Shown one piece after another: positions 12,258-25,817 of a stretch of 64,000 nt of DNA. A model generated the notes under the pieces. That model saw nothing but the letters and a program-made list of their open reading frames with translations. It did no database searches and was not told where the DNA came from. The DNA is from Octopus sinensis. Taxonomy: Eukaryota. The position numbers and the translations under genes were made by a program. Position 1 is the first letter of the stretch, and each line of letters starts with the position of its first letter. Location of the stretch: the NCBI RefSeq assembly GCF_006345805.1, contig NC_042997.1, forward strand, positions 138,632,001 through 138,696,000, read 5' to 3'.

Positions 12258-12788
12258 CCTTTTTACTAAAGGCACAAGGCCTGAAATTTGGAGGAGAGGA
12301 CTAGACGATTATATCGACCCCAGTTTTTCACTGGTACTTAATTTATCGACCCGAACGTAACGACGGGCGAAATACCTATTTCTTTACTACCCACAAGGGG
12401 CTAAACACAGAGAGGAAAACAAGGACAGACAAAAGGATTAAGTCGATTATATCGACCGCAGTGCGTAACTGATACTTATTTAATCGACTCCGAAAGGATG
12501 AAGGGCAAAGTCGATCTAGGCGGAATTTGAACTCAGAACGTAGCGGCAGACGAAATACCTATTTCTTTACTACCTACAAGGGGCTAAACACAGAGAGGGC
12601 AAACAAGGACAGACAAACGGATTAAATCGATTATATCGACCCCAGTAACTGGTACTTATTTAATCGACCCCGAAAGGATGAAAGGCAAAGTCGACCTAGG
12701 CAGAATTTGAACTCAGAGCGTAACGGCAGACGAAATACCGCCAAGCATTTCACCCGGCATGCTAACGTTTCTGCCAGTTCGACGCCTT
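12258..12788 (-). mobile_element. SINE-B head-to-tail trimer (tRNA-like head, Meta/MESC-like core)
   Basis: Three units carrying the core gcctttcatcctttcggggtcgat..ataagtaccag (partly deleted in one); A-box-like tggcagaaacgtt and B-box-like gagttcaaattc; junctions at 12369-12382 and 12552-12565. Confidence 0.88.
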
Positions 12789-12795
12789 AGAAACC

Positions 12796-15700
12796 TTACT
12801 CAAATAATAACAATAATTTTGCAACTAAGTTCGCCAAAATCTTCAACTCTTCGTTAAGCAGAGTGATGGACCGAAAGTTATTTACAAGATCCCTTTTGTC
12901 TGGGTCCTTTCTTAGCAGCATCACCACTCCCTGGCTCACAGATTTGGGTATGAACTCGTTCTGCTGCCAGTTGTTGAAGACGCAAGCCAGTAAATGCCCA
13001 AACAATCTTGGCATGCTATAATATAATTCTTAGGCAGTCCTGTCCCCACGACAGTCCGAGGAAGCATCCTCTACTTCCGCAGCTGTGATCGGCTTTTCAA
13101 AGCATTCCGCTTCCCGCCCCGATAGACGCGGCAAACAGGCGAGGAAGTCCGTAGGGCCTATACTGCACTCCGGCTCACTGCTCCTCCCGAAAAGCTGGCC
13201 GAAATGGTCGTAAAAAGCCTTGCACATCTCGGGTTCGTTTACCAGTTGCCCGTATTGGTTTGTCATAGACCTTACTGTGACGTTGTTGCCGTGTTGGACC
13301 TCTACCACACGGACCCATCTTGCAGCGTTGATCCCCTCTTGCCCCATTACACGAAGCTTGGCTCTGACAATACACCCCCTATTTCTAGCCTTGGGGTGTT
13401 GGCTGAGCGCCAATCTCGCGGCCAACACTTGAGATGCACTGCCAGTCCTCAATGCCACTTCGAGGGCCTTAACTAAGACCCTTTTTACACTATTCTTCTT
13501 AGTTACTAATTCTTTACTACTAAATCTAATTGACTCAAACTTGATGGCTCTTTTGAGGGCAGACCACCATTTGTTGTTAATAATGGCGCCTGTCAGTACT
13601 CCTCACAGGTCAAAAGAGACCTGTCGAGTTTCCAGTAGCTGGTTCCTTGTCTACATATCCTATTTATGACAGGCATACAGGGCACAAGTTTGTGATCACT
13701 GTAGATGACATAGTGGAATTGTGGACAAACAGCTATATTCTTATCTTATCGTCTAACTATAATCCTATCAAGATAAAATCTAGAAGATCCGTCACTGTTC
13801 GTCCATGTCCACACTGGAGCGTCTGGAAATTCTAGTCTATACCGATCTGCCTGCTGAAAGCGATTGAGCAGATCGGTGAAACGTTGGTTACTCCTTCTAT
13901 TTGGATTGGAGCCAACACAATCTACGCGTGCATCACAGATTGTGTTAAATTCACATAAAAATACTAGAGTATGAGACGTGCTTAGGAAATTTTCTAGGCT
14001 TCTAAAATAGTCTGACTAGACACCTACCAGCTTGAAAGTCTTACCACCGCAGAGCATCACATCAAGGACAACCAGCCTGCCTTCCGGGTCAATAAAGTGT
14101 GTTCTAGTCTCGAAAGCTAGATTTTTCCTAAGTAGAATCGCGACACCACTCCCTCACCCTGGTTGGCATGGAGAAATAAATTTCTCGTAGCCGTTCAGGA
14201 GGTGGGGAAGACCTGCATCCCACTCAGTCTGATTTCCGTGGGCACTATCTCATCCAATCTGTGTGACCTGAGGTCATTAAGGAAGCGACTTTGCTTCCAG
14301 TCTGACCCCAGGCCACGTACATTTAAATATCCTACAGTCAGTGTATCCATAAAAAAGTCTTACCTGTGGTAGCGAAGGGATTATAATCCCTTCTCAGTCT
14401 CTTCCGTGTCTTGCGAGGATTCTTGGGTTAGGCCTTCGTACATAGACGCACAGAAGTCCTTTCTGAGAGTGCCTATGTCGTGGGGGAATCGGGAGTATAG
14501 TATATTATAACTTATCTTATTTATAGAATAAATTAGGATTCCCTCTGGTAGGAGGGTGAAATGTTTGTAAGGTTCTGTAGTTGGTATGTCATGCCGTTCA
14601 TCTGCTAAGAAATCATTCTCTGTATCTATTGCCATGAAATTGAACTCGGTTGCTGTTGGAAAGAGAGGGAGGGGAAGCTCATTTTCGAGACTGAGAGAGG
14701 TTGATTTGGCTATTTTTTGTTAGTGTTAGGGTTGGTGGGGGACGATACTATTTGGAAATCGTGAGTGTCTGCAAGGGGAGATTTTCTCTTGTTGGAGCTG
14801 GGGCTAGAGGGGGCGTGATGGCTGTTTCTTCTTTTTTGTAGTTTCTTTTTGTGGGTTATAGTAGCCCAATCTTGTTTTAGCTTCCTCTTTTTCTGTTGTT
14901 GGATTTGTATTCTCCTGTATAGGTAGATCCTTTACATCAGCTGTGGTTGTTGGCTCTGAGGGTTGTGTGGGGGAGGAGAGGGGAACTCGGCTCTTACGTG
15001 GTCTTTCTCGTCACATTTAAAGCAGCGAGGCCACCTCCCCTCGACTGTTACACGTAACTTGGTCTCCTCTCCAATCTGGATAGTCTCTGCTATTTCTTCG
15101 AGGTGGGTAGGGGCTGCTTAGATAACTAATTCGAACCCCTGGTCTTTCAAGTTCTGCTGCTCGATTTTAGTGGCTTCGAGAATCGATATTTTGTCTTCTA
15201 AGCCCATGATAAATACTGCACAAAGCCAGGTGACGTCTATCTCGGGAGGAATTTCTCCCACCGTTATTTTGGAAGTGCACCTTCTTAGGTAGGTTGGTAG
15301 CAGCACTACCTCGGCTGTTTTCAAAGGTTTAATGGTGTGTTGCCTGGCTTTTTCCCCACTTTTGAAATGCACAATATTTGTTGCAAATCTCTTTCCTCTT
15401 GTTACAAAAGTAATGTCAGACCAAATAGGTTGTAGATATTTCTCCACGTCTTCTTTCGTTGCTATTTCTAGTTTTTTCTCCTTCACTAAGAAACTTTTGA
15501 ACACAGTTATTTTCTTTGTAGTGCTTTCTATTAATTCACTGGAGAGGGTGGCTTTCAATCCGTGCCTCTCCCTCTGAAACATCTCTTTGTGCTTGTTTAA
15601 TGCTTCTGGTTCCACATTAATCTTTTTATTCTTTTTTCGATATACCTGCTGCAGCGGCGAAATGTTTTGTTCAGCTGTTCTTGTTGGCGACCTTCTAGGA

Positions 15701-15900
15701 AATCCTTGCCTAACGGCATGTTAAGCATTTTATCCATTGTTCTTTTTATATTTTTGGTTTTTTCCTTAACAGAGGAGCAACTCATGGCTTGGGAATTAAA
15801 ATTCCCACAAATGGCACGATACATGGCAAAAATTAACAATTTCCCCCTTCGAATGCGGGTAAAAAATGTTCCCAAAAAGTCTGCAACTCCAGAACGTAAA
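12796..15900 (-). mobile_element. L1/Tx1-clade LINE, 5' portion (ORF1 + APE endonuclease + start of RT), disrupted
   Basis: ORF1 15118-15615 continuing to RCFKCDEKDHVRAE (gag-like knuckle ~14990-15040); ORF2 MDTLTVGYLNVRGL (~14348), GVAILLRK..DPEGRLVV..EFNTICD; IPKSVSQGVVMLLRK..NNFRSITLLNEELKILA (12796-13014). Confidence 0.88.
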
Positions 15901-16124
15901 CAAATATGGTAACAACAAAAAAAAAACACAGAAGAGTTCCAACAATAACTATCTAATAATGTAATACTCACGTTTGAAATAAACCAATCCAAAGGTAAAC
16001 TTGCACTAAGACTAAAACGTAGGTAAAATTAACACCTGCAATTAGGGCAAGTTGATGCTGGTTGTTTATCCTCCGACTTTTAGTTCATGCAATTGAAAAA
16101 ATCGCATTATTTATTGGATGGCTC

Positions 16125-16442
16125 TCTCTCTCTCTATATATATATATGTATGTGTGTGTGTGTGTGTGTATATATTTATATATATTTATATATATATGTG
16201 TATATATATGTATATATGTATGTATATATATATGTATATATATATGTATATATATATATATGTATATACATATGTATATATATATATATGTATATATATA
16301 TGTATATATATATGTATATATATATATGTATATATATATATGTATATATATATGTATATATTATATGTATATATATATGTATATATATATATTTATATAT
16401 ATATATATATAATATATATATATATATGTATATATATATATT

Positions 16443-16530
<88 letters not shown>
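16125..16530. repeat. (TA)n/(TATG)n microsatellite
   Basis: Direct. Confidence 0.97.
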
Positions 16531-16531
<1 letters not shown>

Positions 16532-16975
16532 TCATACTAACATTCACACACTTTTTATGATATATGCAAGATTCTTCTATTCCATTCAATTTCCTTTGAT
16601 CCTTGAAGGAAAGTCAATGCTCCAATTATTCTTTTCCTTTTATTGAACACTTTCACCGAGAAAAATATTTCGTTTTTACACGAGTGCAGATATTTATTTT
16701 AGACTCCTGGAATCACCTAAGTTTTAAAGAAAGTTGTATCTTCAAGAAGCCTTAATGAAACAAAATTTACAGCAAGATACATTAGGCGTACCTTCTGTCT
16801 TCTTTCTTGTTCTGTTCGTTTTCTTTTTGTTTTTGTTAACCTCAGATATACTCAAAACTATATTATCGTATCAGCAAAATTTGGACTTTTCCTCGGTTCA
16901 CGTGAATTACAAGTCAGTTGTGTAATATGTGCGTATCTGTATCTATCTTTCCATCTATCTATCTATCTATCCAGC

Positions 16976-17022
<47 letters not shown>

Positions 17023-17307
17023 ATTTATGAAGTAAAATAGGAATTAGATAGATCCAGGCGAATACCTCTCTAAGCAGTTTGTAGAAATCGAACCAGTTAT
17101 TACCACAACAGTTCTTGCACATTGTTAATCTTTTCTTGTGACAGTCCAGTTAAATTCGGTCTACTGATTACAGAGTATATAAGAAAAAACAAAGAATGAA
17201 GATGCATTGTCAAAGATTTCTTTTGCTTACACGTGGGTCGTGCTAGGCTATTCGAAGCACGTGTAAGCTAAATAAATCACTGATAATGCATCTTCGTTAT
17301 TTATGTT

Positions 17308-17339
<32 letters not shown>

Positions 17340-17371
17340 ACACACACACACACACACATGCTTGAAAACAC

Positions 17372-18431
17372 GCATTGACGTTTAGGTCAGACTCGTGGAA
17401 ATACTTTGGACAGGCAAGAGTTAAAGATTTATTCCCATCCGCCTAAAGTTCGTCAGTCTCCAATCGCCTCAACTCTTATGATTTTACATCCACTTTTTAG
17501 ACGAACTTGAGTACAATGGAGTTTGTGTACGTGTGAATCAGAGTAGGTCGTGCTGCTTCATAAGTTCATTTTCTAAGAAAACGCAAATTCTTTAATTATT
17601 TCAGTGATTAAGCGAATTTCATTGGAAATTTTTTTGCACAACAAATTTTACTCTCACATCACATTTAAACCTTCACTGTAGAATGCAGTCGAAAACTTGC
17701 AGCAAGACTTGCCGTACTCGGTTCCTTTCACGAAATTCTTTCTGCTATTATGCCCGCTGTTTTTCACTCATGTTATTGCTTTGCACCTCTCTCTCTCTCA
17801 TTCTCTCTCTCTCTCTCATTGTTCTCCGACTATGTTCTCTCTTTGTATCTACTGACACTTCTTTTTTGATATCCTACGTATCTTGTACGTTCGTGGTCAG
17901 CTATGTTAGTTCTTCTTATCTGATGTTTTTTTTCTTCTTAATCTTTCTCTTGTTTCTTGTCGTTATTCTCTCTTCCTTTGCCTGTTTCATCTTATCTGCT
18001 TTCAGGTTACTGCAAGTCTTCAATTGCATTTTACAGTGAAGGGTTATATGTGAAGTGAGAGTAAAATTTGTTGTGCAAAAAAATGATCCGCAGAAATGAA
18101 AATTCGTTTAAGCACTGACGTAATTAACGAGTTAGCATTTTCTTAGAAATTGAACTTATGAAAGAGCACGACAAACTATGATTCACACGTATACATACAT
18201 CCACATACACCCAAATTATTCATAGAATTGTTATCTACCATGAGAAGACAACAGCCTGTAATCCCGTGTGCTAAAGTCCGTCTAAGAATGCCGCGAAAAA
18301 TCATCAATCTGGATATAAAATCGTAAGTGCTCAGGCGATTGGAGACTGGTGAACTTTAGGCGGATGTGAATAAACCTTTATCCCTTTGCCTGTCCAAAGC
18401 GTTTTCACAAGTTTGTTCTAAACGTCTATGC
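17372..18431. repeat. Long inverted repeat / fold-back element (arms 17372-17704 and 18007-18431)
   Basis: For example, catccgcctaaagttcgtcagtctccaatcgcct matches the reverse complement of aggcgattggagactggtgaactttaggcggatg; tttttgcacaacaaattttactctcac matches the reverse complement of gtgagagtaaaatttgttgtgcaaaaa. Confidence 0.85.
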
Positions 18432-18739
18432 TTCTTTACAAACTTTTAGATAGCCCTGGTTTCATACGTTCTGAGTAATATAAAGCTTTCCTTTCATAAG
18501 TTCCAAGTTACTCTGGTGATTGGGGTAAAAAGGGGGAATGTGTATCATGGACACCAAGGAAATATGTTCTGTGTGTAACATATGATACACAGTACAAGCA
18601 AAAATATTTTAAGTTTTTAAAATCAACAAATGCAGTCGTCATGTTGAAGAGGAAAAAAAGGAAAGATTTTGTCATGACGACTTCGTTGTTACCAGCAGAA
18701 AGCAACAAGGAGTAAATTTTGAAAATAATATATACTTGT

Positions 18740-19760
18740 TATATCAGTGGAGTACGAAATGCAATTCGACACGCGATTATATCAACTTGTCACGATGGAA
18801 AAAGCAACGAACATTTTCAGACACCCACAAGAAAATGAAGGAAATAATTCAGAAATGTTCAGAGTAAGCAGTTGGTTTGGATGAGTCAAAGGGCTGTATA
18901 ACTTTCACAATATCTTTATGTCTGGTGAAGCTGCAAGTGTAGATATCTAGGCAACCAAGGTATTTCCCCTTGTTTCTAAAGAGTATCATCGAACTTGATA
19001 ATTATTCTTCCCAAATTATTCAATGCAAATAGGTATCTTATAAAATGTGCTATTCTACGCATTCATCTCACGAAAAGAAAAGGAAAAAGCTCTTCTGGGT
19101 TCAAGGCTACGAAAGACCACTTGATACAACTTGTCAGTAATTCCCAGGAGAGATTTCAAGCCGAACCCATTACTCGTTAACTAGTCAGCAAACATACGAA
19201 CATAGTTGGTGACTGATAAACTCCCTAACTGTCCGTAAACTTATCGACATGGATAAAGGGTGTAGTTCTTAATATCAAGGCTAACTAACTTTGTCGCGCT
19301 TTCAAGTAGCTTGTTGAAGAGATGAACATTCTGTCAAGGACATTGGGTAAAACTACCATATCATGAAGCTCGTAGATATGAAAGATGTCTGGGTCGAAGA
19401 AACCTTGTACTGCATGAATAGAGTATGGAAAAAGCTATAGCCAGAAGCATACCATGACTTTCTGGAATTTTACGAGGAAATACTGCCAACAGTTATTAAT
19501 GATATAATTGAGCTTGCAATTGAAGGAAGAATCCAAAATGTCAATGCGGAAGATTTGGAGGAATTGAAAGATTTTGATGGGAAAAGTTTTTGTATTATCT
19601 AATGAAGAACTGCGAGAATTAGCAAACCAATACATTTAAAATTAACATGAAGATGAAGATATTAGTGTAGAGACAATGTAATTGAAGAAAGACTTCTTAC
19701 TACTGAATTCCTCAATAACATCATCGTCAAGATCATAAAAATCATGTACCAGTTTATTGA
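18740..19760 (+). pseudogene. Tigger/pogo-family transposase relic
   Basis: FHNIFMSGEAASVD, SSGFKATKDHL (APGFKA.KDRL-like), MDKGV, CMNRVWKKL*PEAYHDF, LSNEELRELA. Confidence 0.82.
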
Positions 19761-19984
19761 GAACCGATCCTGAATGCAGCAGTAGGGCAAAGAGAAATGT
19801 TGTAGACATGAAAGCCTACTATCGTGTGATAAAGTCTCCTGAAGACGCAGAAGACATTCAATACATCATTTGGAAAGCAAAGAATGTACCAGAGAGAACG
19901 ATAACCTTGACCATCACCCCAGATATTGCATCAGTGCTATATGTGTGTATCGCTGTGTCTATTCCCCCCACCACCACCACCACC

Positions 19985-20110
19985 TATCACCACTTGAAAC
20001 CGATGTTGGTGAGTTGACATCCCCGTAACTTAGCGGTTCTGCAAAAGAGTCCAATAGAATAAGTACTAGGCTTACAAAATGAGTCTTGGGGTCAGTTTGT
20101 TCGACTAAAA
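19985..20110 (+). mobile_element. SINE-A 3' half
   Basis: ccccgtaacttagcggttc.gcaaaagag.cc.atagaataagtactaggcttacaaa...ggggtc. Confidence 0.8.
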
Positions 20111-20168
20111 CCCATACACATACACACGAACACACACACATATCTCTCTCTCTCTCTCTCTCTCTCTC

Positions 20169-20226
<58 letters not shown>

Positions 20227-21059
20227 CATACATATATGCGAGGGATGTAAAGGAAATCTGGGCCGTGGGAGGAGAAAGAATTAAACACTGCAAAATTGTT
20301 GTAGTAAATAACCAAAAATACACAGGGTCCTTGTTTTACATGTTGGTCCATGGAATGATGAAAACAGCATTGTCCGCAATCATGCCAAGCAAATGGATAC
20401 AATTTTACCGAACAATAATGCTCTGTCTTCAGTGATCCCACTGAAATTTGACAGGCGGCGTTTGTCAAGATAACCCCGACATACCATCCTTGACGTAACT
20501 TCCTGTGCGACGGACGCCGTTGCTCCAGTAATTAAAATTAAATACTAATTAGTTGTAGGGTCGATAAATTCTTTCCTAAAAGTCTTGAAAGATGTCACTA
20601 CCAAATTGCTAAACTCCTGTTGTTAATCACTTGTATAGGAATCAGGTTATACGTATGATGCGTTCGGTGGTGAACAACAAAATTTCATAAAATTGCTTTT
20701 TTCATCTTGAAGATATACACGAAACCTCATATTTATTCATGCAAAAAAAAAGAGGGTAGTGTGCTGACTCTTATGCACTGAAATTTATGTAAAAAATTTA
20801 TGTGTATATAAATTTATGTAAAAATGTAAGTGATAGGTAGAGAGAATTCCAAACATTTTAGAGACAAACAACTCTTAGACAATCAAATCTACAAAACTAG
20901 CTATAAATAAAAAAAAGATATAATTTAAAAAATTTCAATTGTCTCCTTGTTTCAATATATCGTCGCTTATTAGACAATAATAGTGTTAAAATTTGTAAAT
21001 AATTCACTAACAAAAATTACCAAGTTAAAGCATAAATATTCTTTGGAAACATTTTAAAC

Positions 21060-21600
21060 AGCGTCTGTAGCAAATTTGTGAAATGTTGAATACTTCCTTC
21101 CTTCAACGAACGCGTCATATATACCTGATCATTTTTTATCCCAGTTTGCCATCCCAATTTTCAAACAGAAACATAAGTTTCCTGCAGCAAATTACAGACT
21201 GTTATTCCTTATCTCTCATATCATTAAACTGTTTTGAGATTTCGTGAGATCAAGAATAAATTACTTCCTGTAGTGCAGCAACAAGCTCTTAAATTCCAGC
21301 CAGCATGGCTTTCTAGAAGGCAAAGAGTGATCAAGACATTTCGACATTTTTACACCATTTTGACAACAACGTATGTATTTTGAGAATGGACTCTAATGCA
21401 GAGGTCATACATCTTGACAGAGTTGAGTACAACATTAGAAAATGAAAAGAAAACGAAAGAAAAAAATCAAAAGAAAATGAAAAGATAATCCAGAATTAGA
21501 GTTCGTAGAAAACTACTGTACTATATTAAGCCATTCCTGATAAACAGACATCAACATATTGTGAATAACGGAACTCATTCAAATTCATAAGTTAGGAGTG
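21060..21600 (+). mobile_element. Old CR1-type RT fragment
   Basis: PIFK...AANYR..SL.SHIIK.FE...QHGF and IRVRRKLLYYIKPFLINRHQHIV, which parallel the CR1 at 45-46 kb. Confidence 0.65.
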
Positions 21601-22833
21601 GGTCAATGCATTACTCCTTACAACGACGCCATAAATGTAAGACAAAAATAAACATTTTTGTTGGTCTTTTTAAGTCTCAGAAAAATACCAACAGAATAGG
21701 CGACCGGATAAACTCTAGTCTGATAAACAAACTGTAGTTCAAGGGGTAAAAGATAAAATATGCTGGTAAACGCGGACAAGTAAGAACTCATATATTTTTG
21801 AAAAGCGGATATCTTTAATAACCAAATTCTCTTCCTTCATTTCTCATTCCCCATTCCTAACTCTCATGGAGCCTCACAATATTAGATACTCAAAAGCAAT
21901 AGCGAAGAGCACCCCCAGCTGGAGCGCTTATCAGTAATAAAGTTTATACGACACGCTGTATGACATCCGGTTCCTCTAAATTTTCTAGAAGTCATCGTTT
22001 TATTCTCTACCTTTCAGAGTTTCATCTAAAGTACTATATTTTCATGTACTCTAACTATTCTAAACAAAATGTGAGAACTGAAGCACCTCAGAGAAAAATT
22101 AAAACAAAAATAAATAGAACAAACCTTGATTACTGGTAACGCCTCAAAATAAACACGCTGTATTCTCTCCATCACAACAATGAACGCCACATAATTTATT
22201 TAATACAGAAGGTATATTCTACACACTAAAAGGTCACAGCTCCAGTACTACGGATATATAAGAATGTCGTAGAAAAGAACCGGCAGAATACCTAGGAATC
22301 GTTAGAGAATGAGACGGTTGTATAATATTCATAGTCTCAGATGGACACGCTTGGGAATCCATCCGGAATATGTAGTTAGGGTTGCTACTGATAGAACTAA
22401 ATGGAGGAGGTACCTGAAGACTCTACCCTTATGACCAAGCCAGGAATAGTGAGGGGAGATGGATAGATGGAGAGAGAATATACAATCAGGTCACACATAT
22501 CATGCAAGCTTCCATTTCAAAACTGAGACTGCATGCGATCCACCTGCGACTAAACACGAACGTAACCATATTACGACTAACTATTTATTTTACCTCAACC
22601 AGCCAGCTTCAACATATTCAAGCATGGTAAATCAGGGAGGAAAAAATCCCTTAACCTTCAAATGGTACCTTGAGAAATTTCTCCAAGATAAAGTATTGAC
22701 TCCTAGATACGTTTCAGCCAACATCTCCCTATTCGAGTGAGCCATGATATCTCAAAATAAGACTTAAAGATTTTTGTTAGGAGGCGTTTCGCCAAGGTCA
22801 AAACTGGCCGAAACCTAAGTTTATCTGAGTTCG

Positions 22834-22844
<11 letters not shown>

Positions 22845-22931
<87 letters not shown>

Positions 22932-22976
22932 GTTTATCTGTCTGTCTGTCTCTGTCTGTTTATATGTCTGTCTGTC

Positions 22977-23015
<39 letters not shown>

Positions 23016-23037
23016 GTCTGTCTGTCTCTCTCTCTCC

Positions 23038-23110
<73 letters not shown>
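22845..23110. repeat. Compound microsatellite (ATCT)n-(GTCT)n-(CT)n-(AT)n
   Basis: Direct. Confidence 0.95.
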
Positions 23111-23118
<8 letters not shown>

Positions 23119-23222
23119 AATACTTGAGTGATAGTACTATCATAATACCATCACTAGTGGTAGCGAATACCAGCCGTACAGGTAAAATTAATAATAAATA
23201 TATATATATATATAAGATATAT

Positions 23223-23308
<86 letters not shown>

Positions 23309-23533
23309 AAAGGGCACCTGCATCGCTAAAAATAGAGGTCAAAAATACTTCTGTGCCACGGAATATTCACGAAACTAATACAAACATGATAGGAAAAAAT
23401 TCCAGTGAACAATACAATCGTCTTACCTCTGCTAGGTCAGCAAAAGTAATGCTGGTTAGTTTGATATAATGATTTCGAATTTAGCGCCAAACTGTGCCTG
23501 ATCCTCGTCAGCCAAACCTGCCAGTCAACAAGT

Positions 23534-23534
<1 letters not shown>

Positions 23535-23568
<34 letters not shown>

Positions 23569-23592
23569 TGTATATATGAAATTATGTGTGTT

Positions 23593-23670
<78 letters not shown>

Positions 23671-23693
23671 AGCGCGCACACACATATAAACCC

Positions 23694-23724
<31 letters not shown>

Positions 23725-24093
23725 TGTATGTATGTATGTATGCATGTATGTATGTATGTATGTGTGTGTGTATGTATGTATGTATGTATGTATGTATGTA
23801 TGTATGTATGTATGTGTGTGTGTATGTATGTATGTATGCATGTATGTATGTATGTATGCATGCATAAACGACAGTCGATTCTACCATGAATAGACTGTTG
23901 CAAATATTTCGGTGGAAGAATTTTCCAAATGTAATACAATAAAAAAAGTTATATATTTATAACAACAACGACAATAGCAGCAACAATAAAAACAACGACA
24001 ACGACAATAGCAGCAACAATAAAAACAACGACAACGACAACAATAACAATATCAATAACAACAACACAAATAATAATGATACTAATAATAATA

Positions 24094-24144
<51 letters not shown>

Positions 24145-24230
24145 TGATGAGGATGATGATGATGATGATGATGATGATAATGATGATGATGATGATGATG
24201 ATGATGATAAAAAAAATAATAATAATAGTA
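23535..24230. repeat. (CA)/(TA)/(TATG)n, then (AAC)/(AAT)/(GAT)n microsatellites
   Basis: Direct. Confidence 0.93.
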
Positions 24231-24829
24231 ACAGTAATATTAATAAGGTCTATTATTTTAAATTTTTAACCAATGTATCCCCGTATGGTTTGTGGAATTC
24301 TTGAACTGGAATATGCAACATGAAAACAAAGGATAAAAGAAATATGACTATTGAAGTGTTCCACAACATACAACTGAGTTAAATGTTCGAAATAACACCT
24401 CGTCTGAGAAAAATTCCAGACATTCTGTTAGTGGAAAATTCTCTGTACACTCCGAAGATAGAATTATTTCCTTCGCTGTTTGTTTTATATTTTTTTTCTG
24501 TTTCAATTCCTTTTTTTTTTGTTTACGAAGGCAAGCTGTTTTTTCTTGTGTATCCATATCATTGTAATTGCTTCAATCAGGGTTGTTATTGGTGTTGGTG
24601 CTGATAGGGAGAACGTCTCTGACGTGTTCGTGATGTTGTTATTGACGTTGCTGTTGTCATCGTTTAACCTCAGGTCAGTCCATGGTCCGGCAGATTTATT
24701 CTGAAATGTATCCCAGTCATAGCTATTTAGAGGTTAAAATGTTGGACTAACTCAGCTAATCTTATACCATTTGTCTTTTACTTGTTTCAGTCATTGGGCT
24801 TGCGGCCATGCTAGAACACATGTACGTAT

Positions 24830-25050
24830 CTGTGTATGTGTGTGTATGTTTTTTGTGTTTTCCCTTTCCCATCACTTGACAGCTAGTGTTGGTTTGATTA
24901 CCTCCCGTAACTTAGCCCTTCGGCCCAAAAGACCGATTAAATAAGTACCAGATTTAAAAAATAAGTACTAGGGTAGATTTGTCCTACTAAACATTTCGAG
25001 GAGGTGCTCCAGCGTAGCTGCAGTCCTAAGATAGAAACAAGTAAGAAAAA
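24830..25050 (+). mobile_element. SINE-A 3' half, degenerate
   Basis: catcacttgaca..tagtgttgg...cgtaacttagc...ggtgctccagc...gaaacaagtaaga. Confidence 0.75.
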
Positions 25051-25156
25051 AAAAAACTCCAGAAAAAAAGCAGTTTACAAAATTTAACATATTCTTTAAA
25101 AATAGATTTCTGAAAACACAGTATCATCAAACGCTTGCGAAAAATATCGCCATTTG

Positions 25157-25640
25157 GAGCAGGCGTGGATGTGTGGTAAGAAGGTTGCTTTCCAATCACA
25201 TGATCCCGGGTTCAGTCCCACTGCGTGGCACCTTGGGCAAGTGTCTTTCGCTATAGCCTTGTGTCGACCAAAGCCTTGCGAGTGAATTTAGTAGACGGAA
25301 ACTGAAAGAAGCCTGTCGTATATATATATATATATATATATAGGCTACATCCAGTTTCCGTCTCTCTCTCTATATATATATACACTCATGTATATATGTA
25401 TATATTTGTGTGTGTGTGCATGTTTGTGTGTGTGTGTGTTTGCCTCCTCCTACCATCGCTCGGCAAAGGATGTTGGTGTTTTTACGTCCCTGTAACTTGG
25501 CAGTTCAGCAAAAGGGAACCAACAGAATAAGTAGTAGGCTTTCAAAGAATAAGTCATGGGGTTGACTTCGTCGACTAAAAACACTTTAAGGCGGCGCTCC
25601 AGCATGGTCGCAGATCAAATGACTGAAGCAAGTAAAAGAG
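25157..25640 (+). mobile_element. Full-length SINE-A
   Basis: Head ggagcaggcgtgg.tgtgtggtaag...gggttcagtcccactgcgtggcaccttgggcaagtg, internal TA/TG repeat, tail ggcggcgctccagcatggtcgcag...gactgaagcaagtaaaagag. Confidence 0.9.
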
Positions 25641-25817
25641 TTAAAAAATATCGGGTAAAATATTTAATATTTGAGTTCATCCTTGATGCTTTAGATGAAA
25701 TGAAACCATTCTCTTTGTTATACTGAAATTCCTTCGATAATAATTCCACGAGACCAGGAAAACTGGCAGAACAACTCAAAAGCGTACGTCCAGAGCATTT
25801 TTAAAATCTTTAATCCT

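Noticed and set aside
17683-18039. 118-aa hydrophobic ORF in the fold-back spacer
   Set aside because: Product of CT-rich low complexity; no recognisable motif.
22290-22440. VRVATDRTKWRRYL, resembling an RTE C-terminus
   Set aside because: Too short and unsupported by upstream RT motifs.
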